A stretch of DNA of 64,000 nt, from the IMG/VR virus record IMGVR_UViG_3300042451_001437; one strand, given 5' to 3'. Below are positions 29,386 to 39,460 of this stretch, piece after piece. Each line of letters starts with the position of its first letter. Position 1 is the stretch's first letter. The notes under the pieces are model-generated. The model did no database searches and was not told the origin of the DNA. It saw nothing but the letters and a program-made list of their open reading frames with translations. The stretch comes from an uncultured virus (IMG/VR IMGVR_UViG_3300042451_001437) (Duplodnaviria > Heunggongvirae > Uroviricota > Caudoviricetes). A program made the position numbers and the translations under genes.

Positions 29386-29394
29386 GTATATTTG
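29364..29394 (+). promoter_or_regulatory. Bacteroidetes sigma-A type promoter
   Basis: TTTG (29364), a 19-nt spacer, then TATATTTG (29387-29394). Confidence 0.65.
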
Positions 29395-29398
29395 TGAT

Positions 29399-30148
29399 AT
29401 GGATAAGATAAAGATTGTAGTTATTGGAGAAAATTGTACTGATAAATTTATATATGGTAGTGTTACCAGATTATGCCCAGAGGCACCAGTACCAATATTA
29501 AACCCTTATAAAACAACAAAAAATCCTGGGATGGCTGGTAATGTTGTTGAAAATATTAAAGCGCTTAGAAAAGAATGTGATATCACATTTATTCATCAGG
29601 ATACTAAGATCGTTAAAACAAGGTATGTTGACGAGCAAAGTAATCAAATGATTATTCGTGTTGATGAAGGTGAGAATGACGTAAACCCACTACAATTAAC
29701 CCAGGAGTTAATTGATGAGTTATTATTAGCTGATATTGTGATTGTTAGTGATTACAATAAAGGTTTTTTAACAAATGAAATTTTAAGCAGTATTGGACAT
29801 TACTCATCGTGCTCAATACTTGATAGTAAGAGAGTTATGTTACCAATATTTAAAGATTTTACTTTTATTAAATTAAATAAAAGCGAAAGATTACAACAAA
29901 AAGACGGTTTAATTGCCGATTTAAATATTATAACTACTTTGGGTAAAAAGGGTGCTGAATATAAGGGTAACGTTTACCCATCCCCAATGCCAAGAGATAC
30001 TATTGATGTTAGTGGGGCTGGTGATACCTTTACAGCTTCATTTATTTTAAAATACCATGAAACTAAAGATATTAAGACAGCCATATATTTTGCTAACACC
30101 AAAGCGTCTGATGTTGTTAGTAGAAGAGGCGTTGTTGTACCGAAATAA
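29399..30148 (+). CDS. PfkB-family kinase, RfaE/HldA (heptose-7-phosphate kinase) domain I-like
   Basis: VIGENCTDKFIYGSVTRLCPEAPVP, GMAGNV, SDYNKG, DVSGAGDTF. Start moved to ATG 29399. Confidence 0.82.
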   Translation: MDKIKIVVIGENCTDKFIYGSVTRLCPEAPVPILNPYKTTKNPGMAGNVVENIKALRKECDITFIHQDTKIVKTRYVDEQSNQMIIRVDEGENDVNPLQLTQELIDELLLADIVIVSDYNKGFLTNEILSSIGHYSSCSILDSKRVMLPIFKDFTFIKLNKSERLQQKDGLIADLNIITTLGKKGAEYKGNVYPSPMPRDTIDVSGAGDTFTASFILKYHETKDIKTAIYFANTKASDVVSRRGVVVPK

Positions 30149-30211
30149 ATTTCATAATATGTTTTGATTTTTCCCTTATTTTTCCTATTATTATGGAAAC
30201 ATATTGAATTT

Positions 30212-31432
30212 ATGAGCAAAATTAATATACTGGTACAACCAAATGACCGAGCTGGTTCAGGTAAATATAGATGCGTGGATCCTCACGTAACCTTACAGAA
30301 TAACAATCCAGAGGATTTCTTTGTTGAGATTAACGAAAATGTTAATTTTAACGATGATAACTATTTGAAAAAATTTCAGTTATTCTTCTTTCATAGAGCA
30401 CCTGGTGGAAATTACTTACAGGGTGTCGAGATTGTTAAAAAAATTAAATCATTTGGTGGTAAAGTTATCATTGACTTAGATGACCATTGGAATTTAGACC
30501 CATCACATGGTCTTTATCAAACTTCTAAAAAGAATGATATCCCATTCCACACAATTTCTATCATAAAAGAAGCTAATTTGGTAACAGTATCTACGCACTT
30601 GTTACAAAAAGAAGTACTTAGGTATAACAAAAACTGTGTTGTTTTAGCAAATGCCATAAACCCTAATGAAACTCAATTTAAACCACAGCCAAGTGAATCA
30701 AATCGACTTAGATTCGGCTGGCTTGGTGGTTCATCGCACATAAAAGATATTGAATTATTAAAAGGCGTACCCCAAAAATCAAATGAATATGGGGATAAAA
30801 TGCAAATTGTTTTATGTGGATACGATACAAGGGGTAAAGTTAAAGCCATACACCCAGAAACTGGTCAGGTAATGGAAAGAGATATGCAACCAGTTGAAAC
30901 AACCTGGTTTATGTATGAAGTCTTTTTGACGGATCATTTTAAAACAATCAAAGATCAGGAGTATATTAAACATTTATTAAAATTTGATCAAACATTGAAT
31001 TATGATGATAAGTATATGCCGTATAGAAGAATTTGGACTAAGTCTATTGACACATACGCAAAGGGCTATAATGAATTTGATGTGGCATTAGCACCTTTAA
31101 ATGATAGCCCATTCAACCTTTATAAGTCACAATTGAAAGTTATTGAAGCTGGATTCCATAAAAAAGCTATAATTGCACAGAATTATGGACCATATACAAT
31201 TGATTTAGTTTCTGCAATAGAAAAGGGTGGTGGTTTTAATGACAACGGTAATTCTTTACTAGTTGAACCGAGTAAAAACCACAAACAATGGAGCCAACAC
31301 ATTAAGAGATTGATTGATAACCCAAATCTCGTTAAAGATCTTGGTGAAAAATTATATGAGTCTGTTAAAGATAAATACAATATCAACTATGTAACCAAAT
31401 TGAGGGCTGAAATTTATAAAACATTAATATAA
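30212..31432 (+). CDS. GT-B (GT4-like) glycosyltransferase
   Basis: IIDLDDHW, FGWLGGSSHIKDI, DVALAPL...FNLYKSQLKVIEAG. Start probably ATG 30212 (MSKINIL). Confidence 0.8.
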   Translation: MSKINILVQPNDRAGSGKYRCVDPHVTLQNNNPEDFFVEINENVNFNDDNYLKKFQLFFFHRAPGGNYLQGVEIVKKIKSFGGKVIIDLDDHWNLDPSHGLYQTSKKNDIPFHTISIIKEANLVTVSTHLLQKEVLRYNKNCVVLANAINPNETQFKPQPSESNRLRFGWLGGSSHIKDIELLKGVPQKSNEYGDKMQIVLCGYDTRGKVKAIHPETGQVMERDMQPVETTWFMYEVFLTDHFKTIKDQEYIKHLLKFDQTLNYDDKYMPYRRIWTKSIDTYAKGYNEFDVALAPLNDSPFNLYKSQLKVIEAGFHKKAIIAQNYGPYTIDLVSAIEKGGGFNDNGNSLLVEPSKNHKQWSQHIKRLIDNPNLVKDLGEKLYESVKDKYNINYVTKLRAEIYKTLI

Positions 31433-31433
31433 T

Positions 31434-32018
31434 ATGAACAATAAATTAGAAAATTTAGACATGGGTGAGTTTTTTGATGATGAAACAAAAAACGAATTGG
31501 ATAGTATTCTAAAACAAACCCAACACCTGATGGGTGATTGGGATTACGATCCAGAAACAATGTTAATTAAACTAAAAGTTTCTTTTATAAATAAATCGGA
31601 TAACCCAGATCCAACTTATGAAAAAGAAGGTGATAGTGGTTTTGACATAAGAGCTAATATAAACAAAACAATCGAAATTGAGCCTGGTCACAGGGCTTTA
31701 ATTCCAACTGGTTTATATTTTGAAATACCTTTAGGCTATGAGCTACAAGTTAGATCTAGAAGTGGGTTGGCTTTAAAAAATGGTATTATGGTTTTAAATA
31801 GCCCTGGTACTGTTGATTCTGGTTATAGGGGTGAGGTTGGTGTTATATTGTATAATTCAGATAAATCAACACCTTTTTATGTACATAAAGGGGATAGAAT
31901 TGCACAAGGTGTTATTTCAGCTGTACAAACAATGGGAAAAACAAAATTTATAAAAACGAATACACTATCAAGTAGTGATAGAGGTGCTGGTGGATTCGGT
32001 TCAACAGGTATTAATTAA
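31434..32018 (+). CDS. dut: Trimeric dUTPase
   Basis: GDSGFDIRA, VRSRSGLA, GTVDSGYRGE, GDRIAQ, RGAGGFGSTG. Confidence 0.96.
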   Translation: MNNKLENLDMGEFFDDETKNELDSILKQTQHLMGDWDYDPETMLIKLKVSFINKSDNPDPTYEKEGDSGFDIRANINKTIEIEPGHRALIPTGLYFEIPLGYELQVRSRSGLALKNGIMVLNSPGTVDSGYRGEVGVILYNSDKSTPFYVHKGDRIAQGVISAVQTMGKTKFIKTNTLSSSDRGAGGFGSTGIN

Positions 32019-32326
32019 TGATAGTATTTAAAGATCAAATAAAAGCGTATAAATCAATCACACCTGATATATTAAATCAAATAGAATATAAAACTGTTTG
32101 GTCTGGTAAAAGAATACAGGTTGGTGATAAAGTTTTGTATGCTTTTGTTTACCCATTAAATTCAGAGGATTATAAACTAGCCACATTTCTTGAGCGTGAA
32201 CTTGATGAGGTTAATCAACTATTCACGTATATCCAAACAATAAAAGGTATCATACCTGTTTTAAAATACAAAAGCGATAATCTTGAAAGGAGTTTAATCG
32301 TAGAGGAAGAAGATGATGGACTATAA
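32018..32326 (+). CDS. Hypothetical protein
   Basis: 102-aa ORF translationally coupled to both neighbours. Confidence 0.7.
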   Translation: MIVFKDQIKAYKSITPDILNQIEYKTVWSGKRIQVGDKVLYAFVYPLNSEDYKLATFLERELDEVNQLFTYIQTIKGIIPVLKYKSDNLERSLIVEEEDDGL

Positions 32327-33752
32327 AATTAGTGTTGTATTCTCAACCAGAAAAATAGACGAAAACTTTATTGATCATGTTAAAAAAACATGCATGTATA
32401 AAGGTGTTGAGGTTTTACCTTATGAGAATAATGGTGAATATTCTTTAACTGAGATATATAATAAGGGTTTATCAGAGGCATCAAGCGACATTGTTGTTTT
32501 TTGTCATGATGATATCTTATTTGAGACAAAAAATTGGGGTGAGAAATTATTAAAAGCTTTCACCAAAAATCCAGAATATGGTATTCTTGGTGTTGCTGGT
32601 ACAAACCATATGATTAGTGGTATGTGGTGGGAGATCAAAAATGCGATGCATGGTACTGTTAAACATACTGATGGTACTAAAGTTTGGACAAATAAGTATT
32701 CACAAAATTATGGTAATGATTTAAAAGAGATGGTTGTTGTTGACGGTTTATTTATTGCTGTTAACAAAAATATGATAAAACATAAATTTGATGAAGAATT
32801 TAACGGATTTCATTTTTACGATTTGTCTTTTTGTTTTAAAAATCATTTAGATAATGTAAAAATAGGTTTAATCTCAAACATCCTAATACTACATAAATCA
32901 GTTGGTGCTGTTAACCAACAATGGGCTGAAAATAAAACTAAATTTGAGTCAATTTATTCTGATAAATTACCAATTTGTTTAAATAAAGAAAACAGTCATA
33001 TCATCTTCGATAAAGACCTACCTAAAATAGACATGCATGTCCTTTGCTGGAACGAGGAAAAGATTATACCGTATTTTTTAAATCACTATGAGAATTTGGT
33101 TTCCAACATATTTGTTTATGATAATAAGTCAAATGATAACGGTACAAAGATTTTAAAAAAACACCCTAAAGTCACGATTATACCTTATGATACAAATGAC
33201 CAGATTAGAGATGATGCTTACCTACAAATAAAAAATAACGCATGGAAAAACTCAATAGGTAAGGCTGATATTGTCATTGTATGTGATATGGATGAATTTT
33301 TATACAGTGATGATTTAAAGAAATCAATTATTGATTTTTACGAAAGCGATGCCACCCTCATTAAACCAACTGGTTATGATATGATTGTAAATGAGTTTGA
33401 GTTTAACTATAATGATAAGTTAACTAATCTTGTTAAAACTGGTTATAAAAACAATCTTTTTGATAAGATGGTTATGTTTAAAACAAAGGATATAACAGAA
33501 ATAAATTATAATGGTGGTTGCCATGTCGCTGCACCAAGAGGCCCTAAGGTTAAACTATTCGAAAATAATTTTTTACTCCTACACTACAAACGACTTGGTT
33601 TAAAATATTTTTTAAATAAAATGTCGGCTTATAGAAAAAGGTTAAGCGAGTTTAATAAAAAGTATAAGCTTGGTTATGAATATGAATTTAATAACGATAA
33701 ACACATTGAAGATTTTAATGACTCTTTGAGTAAAATATCCGATGTTATTTAA
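32313..33752 (+). CDS. Two-domain GT2-like glycosyltransferase
   Basis: N-domain YNKGL...VFCHDDI...FHFYD; C-domain WNEEKIIPYFLNHY...VYDNKSND...VCDMDEFL. Confidence 0.8.
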   Translation: MMDYKISVVFSTRKIDENFIDHVKKTCMYKGVEVLPYENNGEYSLTEIYNKGLSEASSDIVVFCHDDILFETKNWGEKLLKAFTKNPEYGILGVAGTNHMISGMWWEIKNAMHGTVKHTDGTKVWTNKYSQNYGNDLKEMVVVDGLFIAVNKNMIKHKFDEEFNGFHFYDLSFCFKNHLDNVKIGLISNILILHKSVGAVNQQWAENKTKFESIYSDKLPICLNKENSHIIFDKDLPKIDMHVLCWNEEKIIPYFLNHYENLVSNIFVYDNKSNDNGTKILKKHPKVTIIPYDTNDQIRDDAYLQIKNNAWKNSIGKADIVIVCDMDEFLYSDDLKKSIIDFYESDATLIKPTGYDMIVNEFEFNYNDKLTNLVKTGYKNNLFDKMVMFKTKDITEINYNGGCHVAAPRGPKVKLFENNFLLLHYKRLGLKYFLNKMSAYRKRLSEFNKKYKLGYEYEFNNDKHIEDFNDSLSKISDVI

Positions 33753-33785
33753 TTTTTATAACTATTTAGATTAAAGTAATATTAT

Positions 33786-34766
33786 ATGGGTTTTTTTAGA
33801 ATTAGAAAAAAAGTAAAAGATGATTATACCATAACGGAAGATCTCGTACAAGAAGAGAGATTAGTTGATCTACCAAAAATAACCATAAAAAAAAGTTATA
33901 CGGATACAAATAAAGGTGAACCATACGTGAAAAAAACTTCAACAGTAGTTAGAAAAAATGAGGCCCCTGATGTAACAAAGTATTTTGAAAAAAAAGAATT
34001 TGTTGCAGATTACGCTTTTCCAGAAATAACAGAAAAATTTGGTATTATAGATAATATTAATAATATTGAACCTTTCCCTTTTAGACAAAGGAAATTGGCT
34101 GTTTTTCTTCACATGTTCTACCCAGACCTATGGGATACGCTAGACAGCTATTTGAGTAACATCGAATGTGAGTTTGACCTATATATAAACGCTGTGATGG
34201 ATAAATATGATAATGATGTTATATACAAAATAGTTGATAAATACCCCAACGCAAAAATTATTAAAAATATTAATAAAGGTCGTGATATTGGTGGTTTAAT
34301 AACCATGTCAAAATATATTATAAAAAATCAGTATGATTGTGTATATTTTATACACACAAAAAAGAGCCCGCATTTAAAAAGTGGGCACGTTTGGAGAAAT
34401 GATATGTTAACTTCATTAATGGGTGACGAAAATAAAGTTAATAACCTTATTAAAGATATAAGGTATAATAATTTTGGTTTGGTAGTACCAGGTTTATATA
34501 AAACAAATTCCATGGGTAGTAATTATACTAATTTAAAAAAATTAATGCAATTATATGGAGTTGATTACGACTTAAATAAATTAGAATTTTCAGCTGGTAC
34601 ATTTTTTTTATGTAATGCAGAATTAATTGAAGAAATAGGTGCGTTAATGGATTTATCATATTTTGAAGATGGTTCTGATCTTGACGGGCAAATGGCCCAC
34701 GCATTTGAAAGGTTTTTACCCATTTTAACAATAAAAAAATTACATAAAACAATTAAATATGTCTAA
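33786..34766 (+). CDS. Rhamnan synthesis protein F (RgpF)-like
   Basis: AVFLHMFYPDLW, NKGRDIGG, IHTKKSPH, FSAGTFF, DGQMAHAFER. Confidence 0.78.
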   Translation: MGFFRIRKKVKDDYTITEDLVQEERLVDLPKITIKKSYTDTNKGEPYVKKTSTVVRKNEAPDVTKYFEKKEFVADYAFPEITEKFGIIDNINNIEPFPFRQRKLAVFLHMFYPDLWDTLDSYLSNIECEFDLYINAVMDKYDNDVIYKIVDKYPNAKIIKNINKGRDIGGLITMSKYIIKNQYDCVYFIHTKKSPHLKSGHVWRNDMLTSLMGDENKVNNLIKDIRYNNFGLVVPGLYKTNSMGSNYTNLKKLMQLYGVDYDLNKLEFSAGTFFLCNAELIEEIGALMDLSYFEDGSDLDGQMAHAFERFLPILTIKKLHKTIKYV

Positions 34767-35838
34767 ACCAAAAATTATTTGTTTCTATCTACCACAATTT
34801 CACCCTTTTGATGAAAATGATCAATTTTGGGGCCGTGGTTTTACTGAGTGGAATAATCTATATAGCGTAAAAAAATTTCATAAAAATCAAAAATTTATGA
34901 GAACATCATCTGAATTTGGTGATTATGATCTGAGAAGTTATACTGTTAGAAAAAGACACGCTGAGTTAGCCAAAGAGCATGGTATAGATGGGTTTTGTCT
35001 TTACCATTATTGGTTTTATGGTCACCCAGGTAATAAAGTTATGTATGAGGTTGCTGAGAGAATGCTTGAGGATGGTGAACCTAACATTAATTTTTGTTTT
35101 GAATGGGCAAACGAACCTTGGACAAGAACTTGGGATGGTATGGAAAAAAACTACCTAATAAAACAGGAATATGGTACTGAAAAAGATTGGACAGAACATT
35201 TTAATTATTTATTGAAATTTTTTAAACACAAAAATTATATAAAAGTTGATAATAAACCAATGTTTCTTGTTTATAGAATGGGTCACTTTAAAGAGTTTGA
35301 TAAATTTAAAAAACATTTTGATAACTTAGCTAAGAAAGAGGGTTTTGATGGTATTATTTTTTCACAAACTTTAAACCATTTTAATGAAGATGGTAGTTAT
35401 GAAGGTGTTAATAAAAATGCTGATGCATATATCGAGTACCACCCTATGTATGTAAATAGATTTTCTAAACCAGAACCAGAAAGTAATGATGATGTAACTA
35501 TATTCTACGCACCTAAAAAATGGGAAGACATAACCAATCTTAAGAAACCAAAAGATGTTGGTGATAAACCATATATTCGTGGTTTTTATAGTGGTTGGGA
35601 CTCATCCCCAAGGGCTAAAAACAGAGCATCAACAATTGATTTATACAACGACCCAAAAAACTTTGAGTTTTATTTAAAAAAACAGTTAAATAATGTTGTT
35701 GACGACAATAATGAACCTTATAATTACTTATTTATTTTTGCTTGGAATGAATGGGGTGAAGGTGCGGTAATTGAACCGAGTGATCTATATGGTAACCAAT
35801 ATTTGGTTGCGATAAAAAACGCATTAAATGGAATCTAA
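34759..35838 (+). CDS. WbsX-like (GH99-like fold) glycan enzyme
   Basis: FYLPQFHP..END.FWG.GFTEW, GIDGFCLYHYWF, WANEPW, GWDSSPR, FAWNEWGEG. Confidence 0.85.
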   Translation: MSKPKIICFYLPQFHPFDENDQFWGRGFTEWNNLYSVKKFHKNQKFMRTSSEFGDYDLRSYTVRKRHAELAKEHGIDGFCLYHYWFYGHPGNKVMYEVAERMLEDGEPNINFCFEWANEPWTRTWDGMEKNYLIKQEYGTEKDWTEHFNYLLKFFKHKNYIKVDNKPMFLVYRMGHFKEFDKFKKHFDNLAKKEGFDGIIFSQTLNHFNEDGSYEGVNKNADAYIEYHPMYVNRFSKPEPESNDDVTIFYAPKKWEDITNLKKPKDVGDKPYIRGFYSGWDSSPRAKNRASTIDLYNDPKNFEFYLKKQLNNVVDDNNEPYNYLFIFAWNEWGEGAVIEPSDLYGNQYLVAIKNALNGI

Positions 35839-36469
35839 TAAAGTCTGTATAATCGCATTAAAATATTTAGAAGATTATTGGGAATCAACGCAAAAAAATA
35901 TTGTTGATTCTGGTTTACCTGTTATATATGTTGATAGGGAAGGTGTTGGCTCTATGACAAAAGCTTTTAACTCAGCAATACCAGAATTAAATATTATTTT
36001 TGGTGATAATTTACCTGAATATTTGTTTTTTGTAACAAATAATAATTTTACATTAGATGTTGTTAATAGATTAGTGGAATCGATGGATAACACAGGCTTT
36101 GCAGCAATTCACCCAACACATGATAGTGATCACCCATCACATATAAATAATAAATCTGGACAAGTTATTGAAACAAAGTATATTGAGTGGACATCACCAA
36201 TTGTTAGAACTGACTTGTTTTTAAAATATCCTTTAAATGAAAATTATCATTATTGGTTTTTTGATTTGGTTTGGAGTTTTGAAATCAAAAAGCTTGGTTA
36301 TAAAATTGGTGTCGATCATGGCGCTTTTGTTGATCACAGGTATCTTGTAAAAGATTTATCAAACCCAATATCCAAAAAAAGAAAAGAATTAAGAGACGCT
36401 AGAAATAGTTTTGAGTATCAAATATTAAATAAGGATTACGGCAATAATTGGCGATTAATCCTTATGTAA
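35828..36469 (+). CDS. Divergent GT2-like glycosyltransferase
   Basis: SMTKAFN...YLFFVTNN...LNENYHYWFFDLVWS...GYKIGVDH; cluster context. Confidence 0.55.
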   Translation: MESNKVCIIALKYLEDYWESTQKNIVDSGLPVIYVDREGVGSMTKAFNSAIPELNIIFGDNLPEYLFFVTNNNFTLDVVNRLVESMDNTGFAAIHPTHDSDHPSHINNKSGQVIETKYIEWTSPIVRTDLFLKYPLNENYHYWFFDLVWSFEIKKLGYKIGVDHGAFVDHRYLVKDLSNPISKKRKELRDARNSFEYQILNKDYGNNWRLILM

Positions 36470-36479
36470 ATAAATTTAA

Positions 36480-36917
36480 ATGGAAGTAACAAAAATATTA
36501 ATTGATTTTGATGGTGTCTTAACAGATGGTAAGATATATTATACACACAATGGTGAACAATTTAAAGGTACCAATACACGTGATGTTAGGGCTATTAGGG
36601 AATTAATATCATATGGTTATGATGTTATCATATTAACAGCAAGTAGCTGGCCAGGTTCGGAAACTTTTGCTAAAAAAACTGGATCAGAGATTGTTATATC
36701 AAAAGATAAAAAACTTTTTGCTGATCAACTAAACGAAAAATTTATTGCCGTTGGTGACGATGTTTGGGATCTTGGTTTAATAGAAAAATCAGAAAGATTC
36801 TTCGCACCAAAAGATTGTGATAGGGCGATTCGTTATAACAGTAATAAAATAGAAATACTTAACTGTAAAGGTGGTGAAGGCGTTATTGCTGAACTAGTAT
36901 GGTTATTATGTAAATAA
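36480..36917 (+). CDS. kdsC: KdsC-like HAD phosphatase (KDO-8-P/sugar-phosphate phosphatase)
   Basis: IDFDGVLTDGKIYY...NTRD, AVGDDVWDL, GGEGVIAE. Confidence 0.75.
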   Translation: MEVTKILIDFDGVLTDGKIYYTHNGEQFKGTNTRDVRAIRELISYGYDVIILTASSWPGSETFAKKTGSEIVISKDKKLFADQLNEKFIAVGDDVWDLGLIEKSERFFAPKDCDRAIRYNSNKIEILNCKGGEGVIAELVWLLCK

Positions 36918-36938
36918 ATAAATAAGAAAAAAAAATCT

Positions 36939-37703
36939 ATGAACACAAACAAGACAAAAACATCTTCTAGAAGAACGAGAAAAAAATTAACACCTGAAGA
37001 GGAGTATGAAGCTTTTGAAGCTATTAACAAAGCGCACAGCGGTAACGTTCTTGATAAGATGAAAATTGACATCAAATGCAAAACACAAAATCAAAAAAAA
37101 TTAGTGACTGAAATAAAAAACAAAGAAATGGTTATTTGTTCTGGGTTACCAGGTACTGGTAAAACATTCTTATCATGCGCCATGGCGTTAGAACTCCTTA
37201 AGAATGACCCAAGGTATAAAAAGATCGTTATCGTTAAATCTGTTACAACATTAAAAGACGAAGAAATTGGATTTTTAAAGGGTACGATGAAAGAAAAAAT
37301 GGAACCATTTATGTACTCATTTATGCATAACTTTGAGAAGGTTATCGGAAGACACAATGTTGAGCTTTTAAGAGCCAATAATATGATTGAGGAGATGCCA
37401 ATAGCTTACATGAGAGGTATTAACATCGACAATTCAATAACCATAATTGACGAGGCCCAAAACATTTCAATCGATAACATTAGAACAATTATGACTAGAC
37501 TTGGCGAAAACTCTAAGATGATATTCTTGGGCGATGAAAACCAAATTGACATGAAAAGGAAGGGTGAAAGTTCATTAAACTTTATCATTCAAAAATTCAG
37601 TGACTTCGATGAGGTTGGTACAGTAGTTCTTGGTGAGGACGATGTTGTTAGAAACCCGCTGATCAAAAAAATCGAAAAAATATTTAACGAAAGTAAAATG
37701 TAG
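36939..37703 (+). CDS. phoH: PhoH-like ATPase
   Basis: GLPGTGKTF, EIGFLKG, AYMRG, IDEAQN, TRLGENSK, GDENQID, VVRNPLI. Confidence 0.93.
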   Translation: MNTNKTKTSSRRTRKKLTPEEEYEAFEAINKAHSGNVLDKMKIDIKCKTQNQKKLVTEIKNKEMVICSGLPGTGKTFLSCAMALELLKNDPRYKKIVIVKSVTTLKDEEIGFLKGTMKEKMEPFMYSFMHNFEKVIGRHNVELLRANNMIEEMPIAYMRGINIDNSITIIDEAQNISIDNIRTIMTRLGENSKMIFLGDENQIDMKRKGESSLNFIIQKFSDFDEVGTVVLGEDDVVRNPLIKKIEKIFNESKM

Positions 37704-37755
37704 TCTTTATTTTAGGCCGAAACCCTATTATTTTTATATAAAAATAAACAATAGT

Positions 37756-38391
37756 ATGGTAATAGGTATTACGATAAATAACATTTTAAGAGAACACATT
37801 AGTAAACTAAAGGATTTATATGAATTTGAGTTTGAAAAAGAACCCATTTTACCTATAAATCCTTTTGATTTATCCAAATCATTCCCAGATATTGAGGGTG
37901 AAATTGTTGACACTAATTTTGAGGTTGACAAAGAGTTAGAGTTATCTGAAAATAAGAAAGACACTTCTTTTAACTTAAGTAAATTCATGTATGAAGATGC
38001 GTGTTTTGAAGTATTTGGTAGAGTTGAAGAAAGTCAACCAGGTATCATTAAACAGGTATGTGATTTTTCTAACAAAAACAAAATCAAAATCGTGTTATTA
38101 AATAATGAAAGCCAAAGATCTAAATCAGCAACATTATTCTTCCTAAGTAAGAACTATTATAACCTAGAACAAATAATCTTCCCAAGCAAATGGAAAGATT
38201 TTTGGTCGTATTGTGATGTCTTAGTTACTGATAACCCTAAACTATTAAAAACCAAGCCAAAAGACAAAATATCGATAAAATACAAAAATTATTTTAATGT
38301 TGACATTAAATCAGATTATACTATAATTAACATTGAAGAATTATTTAAAATTTTAAAAAAATTAAAGAAAGAACAAAATGGAAAAAACTAA
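37756..38391 (+). CDS. 5'(3')-deoxyribonucleotidase-like HAD fold, degenerate active site
   Basis: VIGITINNILRE replaces IxIDxDGVLxD; CDVLVTDNP corresponds to motif IV. Confidence 0.5.
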   Translation: MVIGITINNILREHISKLKDLYEFEFEKEPILPINPFDLSKSFPDIEGEIVDTNFEVDKELELSENKKDTSFNLSKFMYEDACFEVFGRVEESQPGIIKQVCDFSNKNKIKIVLLNNESQRSKSATLFFLSKNYYNLEQIIFPSKWKDFWSYCDVLVTDNPKLLKTKPKDKISIKYKNYFNVDIKSDYTIINIEELFKILKKLKKEQNGKN

Positions 38392-39460
38392 CGAAATAGT
38401 TAAAAACATTGAATCGGCTATAAGTAAGATTCAAAACAAAGAACAAAAAATTGTTTTTTTGGTACCAGACACCAAGGGTAATGCTAAATCAAGTGTTATC
38501 CATCTGTATAAACAAGCGTTAACACTTAAAAATTTAGGTTATAACGTTAGTATGTTACACGAAAAAAACGACTACATTAAAGTTGGTTCATGGTTGACGC
38601 CAGAATGTGATGAGTTAGAACACTTATCAATTGAAGATAATAACTTAGTTGTCGGGGCTTCTGATTTTATCATCGTACCAGAAGTATATGGTAGTGTATT
38701 TGAACAAATTAATAAAATGCCATTAGAAAAGGTTATTTACGTACAATCATTTGATTACATGCTTGAGGCTTTTGCCCCAGGTAAATCATGGGTTGACTTA
38801 GGTGCTGAAGAATGTATCACAACATCAAACACACTTAAATCAATGATTGAGGATACAGTTCCAGTTGAGGATGTTCAATTCATTGAACCAGCGGTTTCAA
38901 GTGAAATTTTCACTTTAAATGATAAACCACAAAAACCGATTATTGCTATCTATTGTCGTGAGGCTAGAAAAGCCGCAAAAATGATCAAATCATTCTACTT
39001 GAAATACCCTATCTACAGATTTGTGTCTTTTAAAGACATGCATACAATGCCACAAGACACTTTCGCTAAAAACTTAAAAGAATGTTGCGTGTCTGTTTGG
39101 ATTGACGATGATTCATCATTTGGTAGATACCCAATCGAATCTATTAAGTGTAATGTACCTGTAATCGGTAAAGTACCTAACATTATCCCAGAGTGGATGA
39201 CAGATGAAAATGGTGTATGGGTTTATGATGAAAATCAAATCCCTGAAATCTTATCAAGCTTTATTAAAAATTGGTTGGAAGACACTTTACCAGAAAATTT
39301 ATTGAATGTAGCGAAAACCGTTGAAGGTAAATACACTGAAGAGGGTTTTGAAAAAAACACCAAAGAGGTTTATGAATACCTATTCAATAAAAAAGTGTCA
39401 AAATTAGAAACAATAAAAGAAAATTTTAAAAAGGAAGTGGAACAAAATGAACAAAACTAA
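38378..39460 (+). CDS. GT-B-like glycosyltransferase
   Basis: DFIIVPE, VWIDDDSSFGRYPIESIKCNVPVIG (GT4-type E/FG..P.E motif). Confidence 0.65.
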   Translation: MEKTNEIVKNIESAISKIQNKEQKIVFLVPDTKGNAKSSVIHLYKQALTLKNLGYNVSMLHEKNDYIKVGSWLTPECDELEHLSIEDNNLVVGASDFIIVPEVYGSVFEQINKMPLEKVIYVQSFDYMLEAFAPGKSWVDLGAEECITTSNTLKSMIEDTVPVEDVQFIEPAVSSEIFTLNDKPQKPIIAIYCREARKAAKMIKSFYLKYPIYRFVSFKDMHTMPQDTFAKNLKECCVSVWIDDDSSFGRYPIESIKCNVPVIGKVPNIIPEWMTDENGVWVYDENQIPEILSSFIKNWLEDTLPENLLNVAKTVEGKYTEEGFEKNTKEVYEYLFNKKVSKLETIKENFKKEVEQNEQN